A stretch of DNA of 64,000 bases from Octopus sinensis (Eukaryota). Positions 23,601 to 37,448 of the stretch are shown here, piece by piece (positions within the stretch are counted from its first letter, which is position 1; every line of letters starts with the position of its first letter). The notes under the pieces were generated by a model that saw only the letters and a list, made by a program, of their open reading frames with translations, searched no databases and was not told where the DNA came from. Made by a program: the position numbers and the translations under genes. The stretch lies in the NCBI RefSeq assembly GCF_006345805.1, contig NC_043013.1, positions 24,862,001-24,926,000 of the forward strand, given 5' to 3'.

Positions 23601-25046
23601 TAAAAGAAAATGACTCTCCCCAGACACAACTTAATATTAAATTTATTATTTATTCCAGTTATGAATGTTTTATAATTGAATGCTGTGTGTTAAAATCACC
23701 ATTTTTTTTTTCAGCATTTGTCTATTTATTAGCAAAGTCTCATATAAAATAATTTTTTGTTTCAATCTTGGAATTAAATGGCTTTGATTTACTGTCCAGT
23801 AACTTTTGGCCAACTCTGTATTTGTAAACCTCTGTATTTTGAGTTCAACTGTCACCAAGGTCATCTTTGGTTTTCATGTTTTGCAGGTCAATAAAATAAG
23901 TACCAGTTGAGCTCTGGAGAAGGATAATCTCCCAGGGTCCAAATCCAAATGTTTTCTCTCTTTTTTATTCTTGATTGCTGGTTGAAGAAAATTCACTTCA
24001 GGAATTGTAAAAATGTTAAATGTTTGGTGATAGCAAGAGCATCCAGTTGTAAAACCTACAAAAAAAAATTGTATATCTGCCAAGAAGCTTGCTTCTGGAC
24101 CACATGGTTCTAGGTTCAGTCCCATTGCATAGCACCTTGATCAAGTGTCTGTTAATATAGCTTCAAGCTGACCAAAGCCTTGTGAGTGGATTTGGTAGAT
24201 GGAAACTGAAAGAAAGCCCCCATTGTGTGTGTGTGTGTGTGTGCCTTTGTTGTCATTCATTTGAAAAATAATAGAATATTTTGTAAAGTAACTTTGTCGT
24301 TATTTGGTTGATCTTTGGAACAAATTAACATGAAATTTTAATGGAAGGTCTGGGTTTGATCCCATTGAGTGATAAACATAAATGTTGTCTTAAAGACCCA
24401 GAAGTGCTCTCAAGCAGGGTGGAACCAATTGGGTACAGTCAGTTAACATTTGTGTCATTAATATTATTTGTTGTTTCAGGTGGTGAGCTGGCAGAAACGT
24501 TAGCATGCTGGGCAAAATGCTTAGTAGTATTTTGTCTGTCTTTACACTCTGAGTTCAAATTCTGCCAAGGTCGACTTTGCCTTTAATCCTTTCGGGGTCA
24601 GTAAATTAAGTGCTAGTTGCATACTGGGATCAATCTAATCGACTGGCCCCTTCCCCAAAAATTTCAGGCCTTGTGCCTAGAGTAGAAAAGAATATTATTT
24701 GTTGTTTGTGACACCAGCAGAACAACACAACTGATATCTGTTGTTTTGTATTTGTTTGTTTTTTGTTTCATTTTGTGTTGTTTTGTTTTGAACCTAGATA
24801 TCATCATTTGTTGTTGCCTGTTCAAGTAAGAGAATAGACTCTCTGACATAACTTGTTAGTTGTGATACCAAGATAGTACCCCATTCAGTTAACATAACTT
24901 CTTATACATTATTTACATTTGAGCAATATTTATCCTCATCTTGTTTGTTGTTAACCACTATGCCATATGCCCATGGGCATATGGCATAGTGGTTAACAAC
25001 AAAGGGCTACTGACCCCAAGATTCCAAGTTCAATTCCAGGTAGTGA

Positions 25047-25077
<31 letters not shown>

Positions 25078-28000
25078 GAAAAATACCTTAGGAATGGGAA
25101 CCCAGGTTCAAAATTTCCCCAGGATACCTGATGAACGCTAGAGAGTATATCAGCTGAAACGTTGTGTTAACAACTAACAAGACAAGGACAAATATCCATC
25201 AAATGTAAATAATGTACATAATTCCTCATCTCTCAAATATAGAACTGTATAACTTCTTGTGAAATTGTTCTATTTATGTAACTTTTCATTCTTTTTCAAT
25301 TTTTTTTTCTCAATGTTTATATATTTTTCTTATTTATGCTTTTTACATTGAACTTTTTCTAGATCACTACCAGATGAGCTAAAAGATGCAATCAGAAAAA
25401 AAATCATTCAAGAATTTGGCAATAATTCGAATATAAATGATTTGCTCAAATATGTCTGTGGTTCCCTTGATCATCCAAATTTAGTGACAGTTTTTGAAAT
25501 GGATTCTAAGGATTCAGTTCGAGATATTGACATGGCAATCTTGAAGGCTCTTCTCAAAGGTCAGAACTATTTTAAGAATAATACTTCATTTCTTTACATT
25601 TTCATTAGAATTTAATTCTCATTAAATTTTACATTGGATGTCAAAAAGTAAAGTTTTACAAAGTTTAACTTTAGAAAGTCTTCTTTTAAATTTATTAAAA
25701 CTCCCAAGGGTCTTTTTTTTTTTTTTTACACAGCTTTCAGTACAGCTCAAGACCTTATCCCTTTAGTGTTCAGATTATTCTGTCAAATGTGATGTTTGTT
25801 TATTTAAAATGGTTTGAATTAATCATGCATTATCTTGTAGTTTAGAGATTTCAGTGATGTGATTTTTTAGCTTTAGGATGACAAGGTAGGGCTGAGGTAA
25901 GAGGTGAGATCTGGTCAATTTCAATATAAAACAGGTTAAATATTTTGGCCGGATATGGCCGGTTTGAATGCTAAAGGGTTAAAATATCTGAGGATGGTAA
26001 AACTCAAACTAGTCAGATAATAAAACAAGACTTCAGCTCAGCCCTGAACACATCTATAATGTATACAACTATAACACATCTATAATGTATACAACCACAG
26101 AGTCTAACCCAACAATTATCAACTGGGTTCCAGATAACCCTTAGGGGACCACATGGCCCTTAGGGGTCCATATGGCTCTTAATGGTCCGTATTTATGTGC
26201 AATAAACTGGTTATACTTCTACAATACACAAAACATTTTAACAATTTTTTAATACAATTCCTGATAATATTTAATAATGAAAATATAATTGGATTTTATT
26301 AAAGATCGAATGACTTTGGGGTCTCCCTGAGTAAAATTGGAATCAAAGAGGTCCACAGATAAATAGATAGAAAATTGGTTGAGAACTGCTGGTCTAAACT
26401 GTTTGAACTGCTTGTCTTGTAACTTTCACTGAACCAAACAAATATGAAGTAAAACAACCTGAAAAATAATTCCAGTAATAATTCCTGAAAATGATTTAGG
26501 TATAAAAATTACATCTAATGCCATTTTTTTATATGTAAACTGCCACTCCTACCATCATAACAATTAGGGTTCCAGTTAATCCAATCAACAGAACAGCCTG
26601 CTCATGAAATGCACATGCAAGTGGCTGAGAACTCCACAGACATGCATAACCTTAATGTAATTCTTAGGGAGATACAGCATGACACAGAATGTGACAAGGC
26701 TGGCCCTTTCAAATACAGGAACAACTCATTTTTGCCAGGGAAGTGGACTGGAGCAACATGAAATAAAGTGTCTTGCTCAAGGACACAGTGCACTACCAGC
26801 TATCGAACTCACGACCTTATAATCGTGAACCAAACATCCGAACCAGTGAGCCAATTGCACACCCTCTGATTACTGCTATCCACCTTTAATGATTTAAGAA
26901 TGCTAAAATATGAACATCATGAACAACAATCCCATCCATCTCATGCGTTTAGTCTTTGAAAGATTTGGACATTATTCCTTCTTCTTTTCCTCTCGTTGCA
27001 TAATATTTAGATATAGTAAGTTGGCAATTAAATGTTTTTCTTATTGATTGATATTTTATTTTTTAATCCCTTTTCCTTGTTAATTTTTTACTTTGTACCT
27101 CTGTTTTAATCTCTCATGACAAAGCTTTAGATAAAGTTGGAGCATACATACGTATAGTAGAGCACTGGCACAGTTTAGGCTACCTGTTGTCATCTGTAGT
27201 TGTGGTACACTTCCGTTGGATTTACTTCAGGAACTCCACAGTGACAGTTAGGGTAATATTAATTAATAGGAGATGGATTTTGAATTAGACTTTTATTAAA
27301 ATAAAAGTCTAATACAAAATCCATGTCCTATTGTTAATTAATACTATCACATGTATATATATATACCAGAGTAAGCACATAAATGTGAATGAAACAAGGT
27401 GGAAAAAATAGTACTCAAGTACCAGAAGTAGAGTAATATGCTTTACTTTATCAAAAAGTATTAAAAAAATCACAAAAACTGTTACTCAGATTTCTAGGCT
27501 CCCATTCGCCAGACAGTTTTGTTTATGCATTCTAAAGTGTGTGTATATATATATATATACATACACAGTCACTCCTGTGACTGAAAAGCCAAAGCTCCAG
27601 GGGGATATTTGTGTGTGGTGTGCATGTGTGTGTATGTGTTATTGTCTCTTTGCTATGCCATTGTGTGATAGTTGTAACTGAATACCTTCATTATACATGC
27701 ATGTATATGTATGCATATATAAACCTTTGTGTTTCAACCAAAGTTCAATAGTTCTGTGTAATTTATTTGAAACATTTTTTTCTGCAAATCAAGCAAGGTG
27801 CAATAAGAAAAATGTTGAAATGAAAAAATCTGAAATAGAAAAATTTTTAGATCATCCCACTTTTCCATGCATATTGCAAAGGTCAGATAGAATATTGTTG
27901 GGGGAGGATTTTCTGCAGCTAGATGCCCTTCCTATCACCAACTCTCTTTTCAAACAAGGTAATGTTTTTCTGTAACCATTCATACCTTCAGAGAAGATTG

Positions 28001-28093
28001 GCAACAAAGAACATTGCTTGCATAATGAAGGTATTCAGTTACAACTATCACACAAAGCCATGGCAAAGAGACAATAACACATACACACACATG

Positions 28094-28127
<34 letters not shown>

Positions 28128-31100
28128 AATATTCCCCTGGAGCTTTGGCTTTTTCAATCGCAGGAGTGGCTGTGTGGTAAGAAACTTGCTTCCCAACCGA
28201 GCTGGCAGAAATGTTAGCATGCCGGGCGAAATGCTTAGTGGTATTTCGTCTGCCATTATGTCCTGAGTTCAAATTCCGCTGAGGTCAACTTTGCCTTTCA
28301 TCCTTTCGGGGTCGATAAATTAAGTACCAGTTACGCACTGGGGTAGATGTAATCGACTTAATCCCTTTGTCTGTCCTTGTTTGTCCCCTCTATGTTTATC
28401 CCCTTGTGGGCAATAAAGAAATAAAAAACTTGCTTCCCAACCACATGGCTCTGGGTTCAGTCCCACTGTGTGGCACATTGGGTAAATGTTATCTACTATA
28501 GCCTTGGGTCAACCAAAGCCTTGTGAGTTGATTTGGTAGACAGAAACTGAAAGGGACTGATAAAATTATGTAGATACCTGATGAGAACCCAATAAGGTTT
28601 GAAAATTAAGGTTGTTCATCACTCTTTGGTCCGCAGAGAAATGGCTAAAATTTTCCCTGTTTATAATTATACCATATGATACATATATATTATATCTTGA
28701 TACCAATATAAATAGGCTTACAAAGAATAAGTCCTGGGGTTAATTTGGTTGGCCCGAAGCTATAGTAGAAGACAGTAGGACTGAACCAGGAACCATGTGG
28801 TTGGAAACCAAGCTTCTTACCATGCAGCCACTCCTGCGCCTATATGTTCAAATTCTTTCTGCTGTCTGTTAATGGCTCCTCAAAAGAGACAATGCAGAAT
28901 TATGGATCACCACACACCATCATTTGAGAAACAGTCAATATCATATTGCTTTAAAGGAAAGAGAGAACAACACTATATTGTGCTTGTTTATGTGTTTCAG
29001 TACTTATGGACCTGTATGTGTGTACTTGAATGCAAATGTTTAAGTGGCTGTATCTATATTGAATATAGCATCTGTTTTCCACAGCAGCACATCTAATCAT
29101 GAAATCTATTTGCCCATACTTTGAAGAAAGATGATTCACATTCAAAAACATTAATCCTGTAATCCTATATTCTATTAGGAATGCTGTAAGTGTTACTACT
29201 AACATTACAATCAAGAAGACACATCTATTTTACGAAATATTGATCTTTTTTTATGTAAGCACAAAATCAAACATGAAATTAAATTACAAAGTAGGGTGGG
29301 AATACTATTGATTGGATCTACCCAAGAATATAATTGGTTCTTCTTTTATGATTCATAGGATACAATATTTGGCTCCAAAAGGATTTCAGTTCAAAAGAGA
29401 GATGGAACTAAATACTGAAAGATATTTAAACACATTTCTGAATACCACCAGTTTTTGTACAATAAATATTGGTCTCTATTTTTGGCACAAGGCCAGGAAT
29501 TTCAGGGTTTGGAGTAAGTTGATTCCATCAACCCTCAGTAATCAACTGGTACTTATTTTATCAACCCCTAAAAAGATGGAAACAAACTCAACTGTGGCAG
29601 AATTTGAACTCAGAATGTAAAGACAGACAAAATGCTGTTTAGTATTTTTGCCTGGCATGCTAAAGATTCTGCCAGCTTGTTGCTTTATACATTGCTGTCC
29701 GAAATATCTGGAATATATTATTTTCTACTCGAGGCACAAAAGACCCGGAATTTTAGGAGAGAGGGCCAATCAATTAGATCGACCCCATTATGCAACTGGT
29801 ACTTAATTTATCAACCCTGAAAGGATGAAAGGGAAAGTCAACCTTGGCAGAATTTGAACTCAGAACATAAAGGCAGATTAAATACTGCCAAGCATTTCGC
29901 CTGGAGTGCTAACGTTTCTGCCAGCTCGCCACCTAATATCTGGAATATATTATAACCATGAATAACTGGATGAAGTTATTTTAGATTTGTAGACTTTAGC
30001 AACATTCCTATTAATATATGCAAATATACTATAAATATAGTCACAACTGTATTCAGCTTATAATTGATTCACATTCATAATTCAACATAAATTGACTCAC
30101 TTTTACACAGTCAAACTTAACCATATTTGGAAAAATGCTAAGAAAGAATTAAAAGACGTTACAGCCGGAAATGTTGGCACAAATGACTCTAATGATTCAA
30201 GCAGTCTTCAGTAATTAAAAAAGTTACTGCTTTTATTGATGGTAGACCAGCAATCCATTGTTAAGTGTTTATATCCAGTACTTATTTCATGGAGCTCTTG
30301 ATGAATGAATAGTGGGGGAGCGGGGTCGTATCTATCGCTGATGTGCATTAAGTATGTAAAAATCATGCAGAAAATCGAAAAATTGATGCTCTTCAAAATG
30401 AAGTCCCCTGTTATTTGTTCTGCATCAAGTTATTTAAACACTCCCTTATCACTGTTGTCATGGAAAATGTTCTGAGCCAGTAATTGCCCTGTCGAAAGCC
30501 TTTAACCAACAATGCCTTTATTCACAAATTGTAATGCAAAAATATGTGAAATAAATAAATATATTTTGATTCAGTAAAATAACGACAACCTTTTATCAAC
30601 TGCTTGTTTATTATGAAATCTATATTACAGCAAATGACAAGAAAGTAGAAAATTTGAGGCTTACACTGGAATGGAACAGAAGTGATATTGCAAAGAGTGA
30701 AATATTTACGGATGAAACTCTTTGGCCAGTAAGACAACATATTTTTTTTTGTTTTTACTAATAACCATAAGTTGAAGTGTTACTAAATTTAATTCTTTTT
30801 TTCTCTTTGAGGAATAATGTAAAATTACATTGATAAGAAATATATTCTGACTCTGTTATGAAAGGCTGAAGATTCCCTTCAGTCATGAATGTCCATGGGA
30901 TTGCACTTGAAAGTTCCTCTCTAAGGTATAAGTCCAGGCAAGGTTGTTTTATGAAAGACCAGCAGTCGCCCATGCATACCAGGTTTCCCTCTCCACGCCA
31001 CCGGTGTTATTCAAAGGGAAAGGCAAAGACTGATATAGCTTAGCACCAGTGATATCGCAACTCATTTCTACAGCTGAGTTAACTGGAGCAACATAAAATA

Positions 31101-34100
31101 AAGTGTCTTGCTCAAGAACACAACCCAGTCAGGGAATTGAACTTACTACCTCATGATTGTGAGCCCAATGCTCTAACCACTGAGCCATGTGCCTTTACAA
31201 AATACTAAATGGCAGCAGTGGGATTTGAACTCATGCCTCCAAACAGACTGGTGCTTTAAACCAGTGCCTTGGACCACTCAGCCATTTTCATTTTAATTAT
31301 TTGTGCTGAGCTGGCAGAATAATGAGCAAGATGAGCAAAGTGCTTAACAGCATTTCATCTGTTTTTACATTCTGAGTTCAAATATTGTTGAGGTCAACTT
31401 TGCGTTTCATCCTTTCACAATTGAAATAATTATTGATTACTGAGAGTCAATGTAATCGACTTATTGCTCCCACCCCACCCCGAAATTTCTGGCCTTGTGT
31501 CAATATTTAAAGCCAGTAGTTTACATTCTTCTACAAATCTCACTGTCTTCCTGCCTTAATCCCCACCCACCCATCCATCTTTCACATTCTCCCTTTCTTC
31601 CACACTTAACAGTTTCTTAAAACAGATGTGGGCAACCTGTTTTTAAGAAGCAGGTCAAATATGACACAACTTGTTATCAGGCTGACTGCACAGATAAAAA
31701 TTTTAACCCTTTTGATACCAACATGGCTGAAACCATATAACTTAGATATTAGGATGATCGTTACTTAACGTTTTCCATGCTGGCATGGGTTGGACAGTTT
31801 GACAGGAGCCGGCAAAGCCAGGAGCCACACAAGGTTCCATAGTTTGTTTTGGCTTGGGCTTTGTTTTTTATATAGCTGGACACTCTTCCAGGTGCTTTTT
31901 AAGTGGCACCACTGCCAGTGCTTTTTACATGGCACCAGTGCATCTTATGTGACACCATCTCCAGTGCTTTTTACATGACATCATCACCACAGCTTTTTAT
32001 GTGGCACAATCACCAGTGCTTTTTACATGACATCATCACCACAGCTTTTTATGTGGCACAATCACCAGTGCTTTTTATGTGGCACCATCACCAGTGCTCA
32101 GATATCATACAACAAATTGATGAACAAACACTATTCACTCTTCAACGTACATTAATCTCTGTAAATGAACATTAATGTCCACTTATACTTTGTTATACTT
32201 AATATTACAGTAATGTTAAGTAAAACAAGAACATACAGAAATAAATATTTCTCTGTACAACCAAGTACACAAACAAAAGAAGATCCATACATATGACTCC
32301 TAGAACACTCCTCATAATTATAACCATCAAATTTACTGTTTTATTCTTCCTTCTCAGACTGGCTCATTGGATAATCTTATGTCATTTGCCCTCCATGAAG
32401 ATCGTGTTGACTTTGTCAAACTTTTCATGGAATATGGAGTTACTTTGAAGAAATTCTTAACCAGAGACTGTCTTAAAGAATTATATAACAGAGTAAGTAA
32501 AGTTTAACATCTCTGTGTGAATATTTCCTGAGACTTGAAGAACTTTCTTATGATCTAATTTGCGAAATTCTAGTTTCTTAACTTTACTCAGTTGGGAGAT
32601 AAATCTCTGTCTTGTATCAGTTATTTAGATTAAGGGATGCATCCAGTTTGAACTCTTGACCTCCTAACAAGTAGCTATCTTCTTTATTCATTTGACCTTT
32701 TACCTCTGGAACACGAAATAATATAAAGAAAAATTTCCAGTGGGAGCTGGAGGGACAGCATCTTTCATCATTTTGCTTTTGTCCTTTAATTGCCTCTATT
32801 ATTAGATTGCAGCCAACCTGGGGCACCACTTTGAAGGATTTTGGTCGAACGATTCCACCCCAGTTCTTTTTTCTTTAAAGCCTGGCACTTATTCTATTGG
32901 TTTCTTTTACCGAGCTGCTAAGTCACAAGGATAAAAACACACCTATACTGATTGTAAAGTGGTGCTGGGAGACAAACACAGTCTCAAACACACACACACA
33001 TACATATATGACAGGCTTCTTTCCACTCTACTATAACCATGTGCTTTGGTTGGCCCAAGGTTATAGTAGAAGACACTTGCCCAAGGTGTCATGCAGTGGG
33101 ACTGAACCCAGAATTGTGTGGCTGGGAAGCAAACTTCTTTATTTTATCAAATTGACCGTGATGGCCTTACAGAGAATCAATGCGGGCTGGACATATACAT
33201 TAATGAGATGAAAATGACAAATATGAATGATGTAAATGGGAAGGGTATTCAGCGCCTACAGACCAAACACCCTTCGAAATCACAGGTTCTTTTCTTACAT
33301 AAAAATCAAAAAGTTAATCAAACATCAAAAACACACTATCACTTTTCCCTTCCTCCTCCTTCCGGACCCCCAGTCAAATATCTAGCCGCCTGCAGAGCAG
33401 ACCACATTGACAGCCAGGAGTTCAGAAGGAAGAAGGTGAAGTGCCTTTTATCAAATGTTTGTGTCACACAGTGCCACAATTTATAACTCACCACCTCCGC
33501 AGTTACCTGCGGGGGCCACCTTGGACTGCTTGAGCACGCTGAGAACACCAGTTCTTGGTCGCCCAAGTATTCATCGACAGGTCCCCCCCCTCCTCGAGGT
33601 AAAGGAGGATAAAATCCTCCTCCTCTTCAAGGGGGCTCTCTGTCTGCTCTGTCAGTGGCACAACTCCCACTGACAGAGCCTCGTACACTGGCGGCACACA
33701 TCCCACCAGCACTTCAATAGGCAGCAAAGGGCCATCCACTGACTGTACCCTGCTCCCCCTTCTCCTCTTTCTCATTGAGGTTGCAGGCACAGGAACCTGT
33801 GTCAGTGGGTGCGGGGAGACACTATCTCCCTCCGCTGCCTGTGCTGCCTGCACATTATTTGGTGAGCAACCATTGTTGTTCACCTTTCTTTTTCTCTTCA
33901 TGGAGGCAACTTCCGTCACAACTTCCACCATCTCCCCCGCCACGGGGTGGGGGTGTGGAGTCCATAAGGTCAAAATTGCTTTTGATCCCTCCCAGTCAAC
34001 CACTGGCATCATTCTCACATTTAAGAGCCTGGGCCTGCTATCCCCCAGACCCTGCCAGATGACATCACCAATCCATCCTGCCCAGGCTTTTATCACCCTC

Positions 34101-35075
34101 CTCCCACAATAAGTGGGGAGGAACAAAATTTCTTGCCCCTCAAGGGGCTCACTAGCAAATCTGCCAGCTTCCTCGGGGTACCAAACAGCGACCAGATTGT
34201 TGCAAATTTGGTCCCTCGTGAAATAAATTTTATAGTTGGCAGGTAGTCTGCCAACTCTTTCTCTATCACAATCTTGTTGAAGAGGGTGATGGCACCATGC
34301 GACCTTGAATAAGTTCGTAATACTACTGTCCTCTTCTCAAGATCTTTAATCCACTGTTTGGGGGGAACCATCTGAAGAATCTCTCAATGGGAAGACCTTT
34401 AACTTGATGCAGCTAGAGACTATCATGAGACACTTTAGTTATCCAGTGCTCAAACAGTTTGCAGTGATGGGCTGTACCTCACCATTGTACCTATTCAACA
34501 GTTAGATGATGTGAATGAATGAGAGCATAGAGCTGGCTATCTCTCCAAAACTAAAGAGGATTTTTATTCTACACCTGTGCATGATGAGTTTAAAATGCAA
34601 TGGAATAATGTACATTGGCCATTAATTAAAATTTGTCATCAGATGATATATATAAGTCAAAAATTGCTCTGATTAGTAATCATTGCAATTGCAACCCTAC
34701 TATAAAACTGTATGTATGTATCTATCTATCTATCTGTCTGTCTGTCTCTCTGTCTATCTATCTATCTGTCTGTCTGTCTCTCTGTCTATCTATCTATCTA
34801 TCTATCTGTCTGTCTACCTGTCAATCTATCCATGTGTGTGTCTTTATGTTTGTGTTGTATTTCTCACCAATGAACAAATAAAAGAATAAAAGATTATTAT
34901 GTTTTCCCCTCTGTCAGATCTTAATATAATAATTTTCATTTTTCCATTTCTCTTCAAGATTCCCAAAAACTCCTGGTTATACAGTCTGTTTGAATTAGCC
35001 ACCAAGAAGGTAATATCAAGAATCCTTTCTTTTAATCTATATAATATATACGCACATGTGTGCGTGTGTGTGTAG

Positions 35076-35108
<33 letters not shown>

Positions 35109-36769
35109 TATATATATATGTATAGGCACCGGTGTGGCTGTGTGATAAGTAGCTTGCTTACCTACCACATAGTTTCAGGTTCAGTCCCACTGTGTGGCGC
35201 CTTGGGCATGTGTCTTCTACTATAGCCTCAGGCTAACCAAAGTTTTGTGAGTGGATTTGGTAGATGGGAACTGAAAGAAGCCTGTTTTATATATATGTGT
35301 GTGTGTGTTTGTGTGTCTGTGTTTGTCACCCTATCATTGCCTGACAACCAAAGCTGGTGTGTTTACATCCCCATAACTTAGCAGTTCAGCAAAAGAGACT
35401 GCTAGAATAAGTACTAGGCTTACAAAAGAATAAGCCCTGGGGTCGATTTGTTCAACTAAAGGTGGTGCTCTAGCATGGCTGTAGTCAAAATGACTGAAAC
35501 AAGTATCAGGCTTACAAAGAATAAGTCCAGGGATACTCCAGCATGGCCATACCAGCATGGAAAGTGAGCATTAAATAATGACGATATATACGTGGTTATG
35601 TATCCTGACTTTCTATAGTAATGAATCTAAAGCATGCAGAGTGAAGTCACTTGACACAGATTGACCTTGAACTCTGCTGTGCATGCACACTAAGTTTTAA
35701 CATTCTAGCTTACCTCTGCTGTTTACAGCAATGCTTGGAAGGAAGGTGTGTAGCATGTGATTGTCACAACGACCATAACAGAGAAAGTTGAACAGAGAAC
35801 CTGCATCAAATTTTGCCTAAAGCTTGTCGATACCTGCTCAGAAGTCTACACAAAGTTTTCAAAAAGTATGCATCATTCTCAACACAATCGGGGAGATCTT
35901 GTGCAACTGAAACCCGAGTGTCTTTTTGGTCAGCTGAAAACAGTTTTGGCACAAACTTGGCAGACATGTGTCTTATACCCAAATCTTCAGCAATAATGGA
36001 CTGAACTGAACTGTAACTAATCTGCACATCCTCTGATAACTCACAGATGGTGATTTGATGATTTACCCTCCACAGCTGCACGCACATCTGCAATGTTTTT
36101 CTCAGTTCTGCAGGTTTCAATAGTAGTTAATCATATATATAACATATCTCCTTGAAATCTTGATTTACAAGGTTTTAAGTACAAAATTCTGTTTTGTTTC
36201 AGGAAAAAGAATCTCTCGACCTGAATGATGTTGCTCAGCTCATCAATTTCCTGATGGACGACGACTATTTTGAGTACAGTTATGAAACAAACAGTCCAGG
36301 TTGTTGTTATTATTATTATTTTGATTTGCCTCAGATTTGGTCTTATTCCAGGTAGGATTTATATGGGTAATGGGTAACCTTAGGTATCCACAAGTTTTCA
36401 GCAGTCTTTCAAGTACTTAAAACCCTCCTGATAATCCTTACTGTCCCTAAGAGACAAACTTTCTGTAGGAACTCTACTGAGCATTCCGTTGTAATCTCCT
36501 TCAGCCATTTATCTATATCATTGTTTACTCTTCCCAAAACACCAATTATTATAGACATGACTCGTACTGTTTGCATGCTTTAAATTCCTCCAAATTCTTT
36601 CAAATTTTAAAGGATTTTATCTTTTTTTCTTTCCCCTGTCTTTACAATCCTGGAATCAAACAGGCATGATGAGTCGATAAGTAAGCAAACCCCCACACAT
36701 TATGTCTGGCTCTGTATTGTCACCCTCATCCTTTGCTCTTTTGGAAAATAAATGAAATCATCATTATTA

Positions 36770-36818
<49 letters not shown>

Positions 36819-37170
36819 GAGTGAGAGAACAACGTATGCCATCAATGTGGTGTTGAGCAGAATATTTGCTGTAGCCCATCTTTTATACCAAGACAAAACA
36901 ATGTACATGATAACACTTCCAATCAGTTAAGTTCAAAAGCCATGAGAGCCACTGCATGGTACTGCATCAGGGTGAGCTGGCAGAATCGTTAGCATGCCAG
37001 CAAAAATATTTAGAGGTATTTTGTCTGTTGTTACGTCCTGAGTTCAAATTCCACAATGGTTGACTTTGCCTTTCATCCTTTCGGGGTTGATTAGATAAGT
37101 ACCAGTTACACACTGGGGCTGACTTAATCCTTTCCCCCAAATTTGAGGCCTTGTGCTTCCAGTAGATAGG

Positions 37171-37212
<42 letters not shown>

Positions 37213-37402
37213 GCAGAGGAGTTAGACTTTTTTAGTATTTTGTCTCATACTTGTCTCTCGTTTACATATTTTTCACTTGTTGTTGAAGTCCTGTTCTTAT
37301 TGTGTACTTTTTGGTATTTTGTCCTGTACTTAATGTGTATTTCTTATTTATTTATAATTGAATGCCAAGCAACCTTGTCCGCAGTAAGTTTTTACATTTA
37401 TT

Positions 37403-37448
<46 letters not shown>

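Noticed and set aside
27697-27975. ORF segment ANQARCNKK... as the missing exon after AILKALLK
   Set aside because: No suitable AG acceptor and no WNR motif; the true exon is at 30631-30728.
28575-28615. Hammerhead-like CTGATGA-GAACC...GGTTT-GAAA
   Set aside because: Core and stem II are present, but I could not form a convincing stem I or cleavage triplet.
36300-36351. Extension of the exon to the stronger-looking donor CAG|GTAGGA at 36351/36352
   Set aside because: It would end in phase 2, incompatible with the phase-1 acceptor at 38508, and it runs through a (TAT)n microsatellite.
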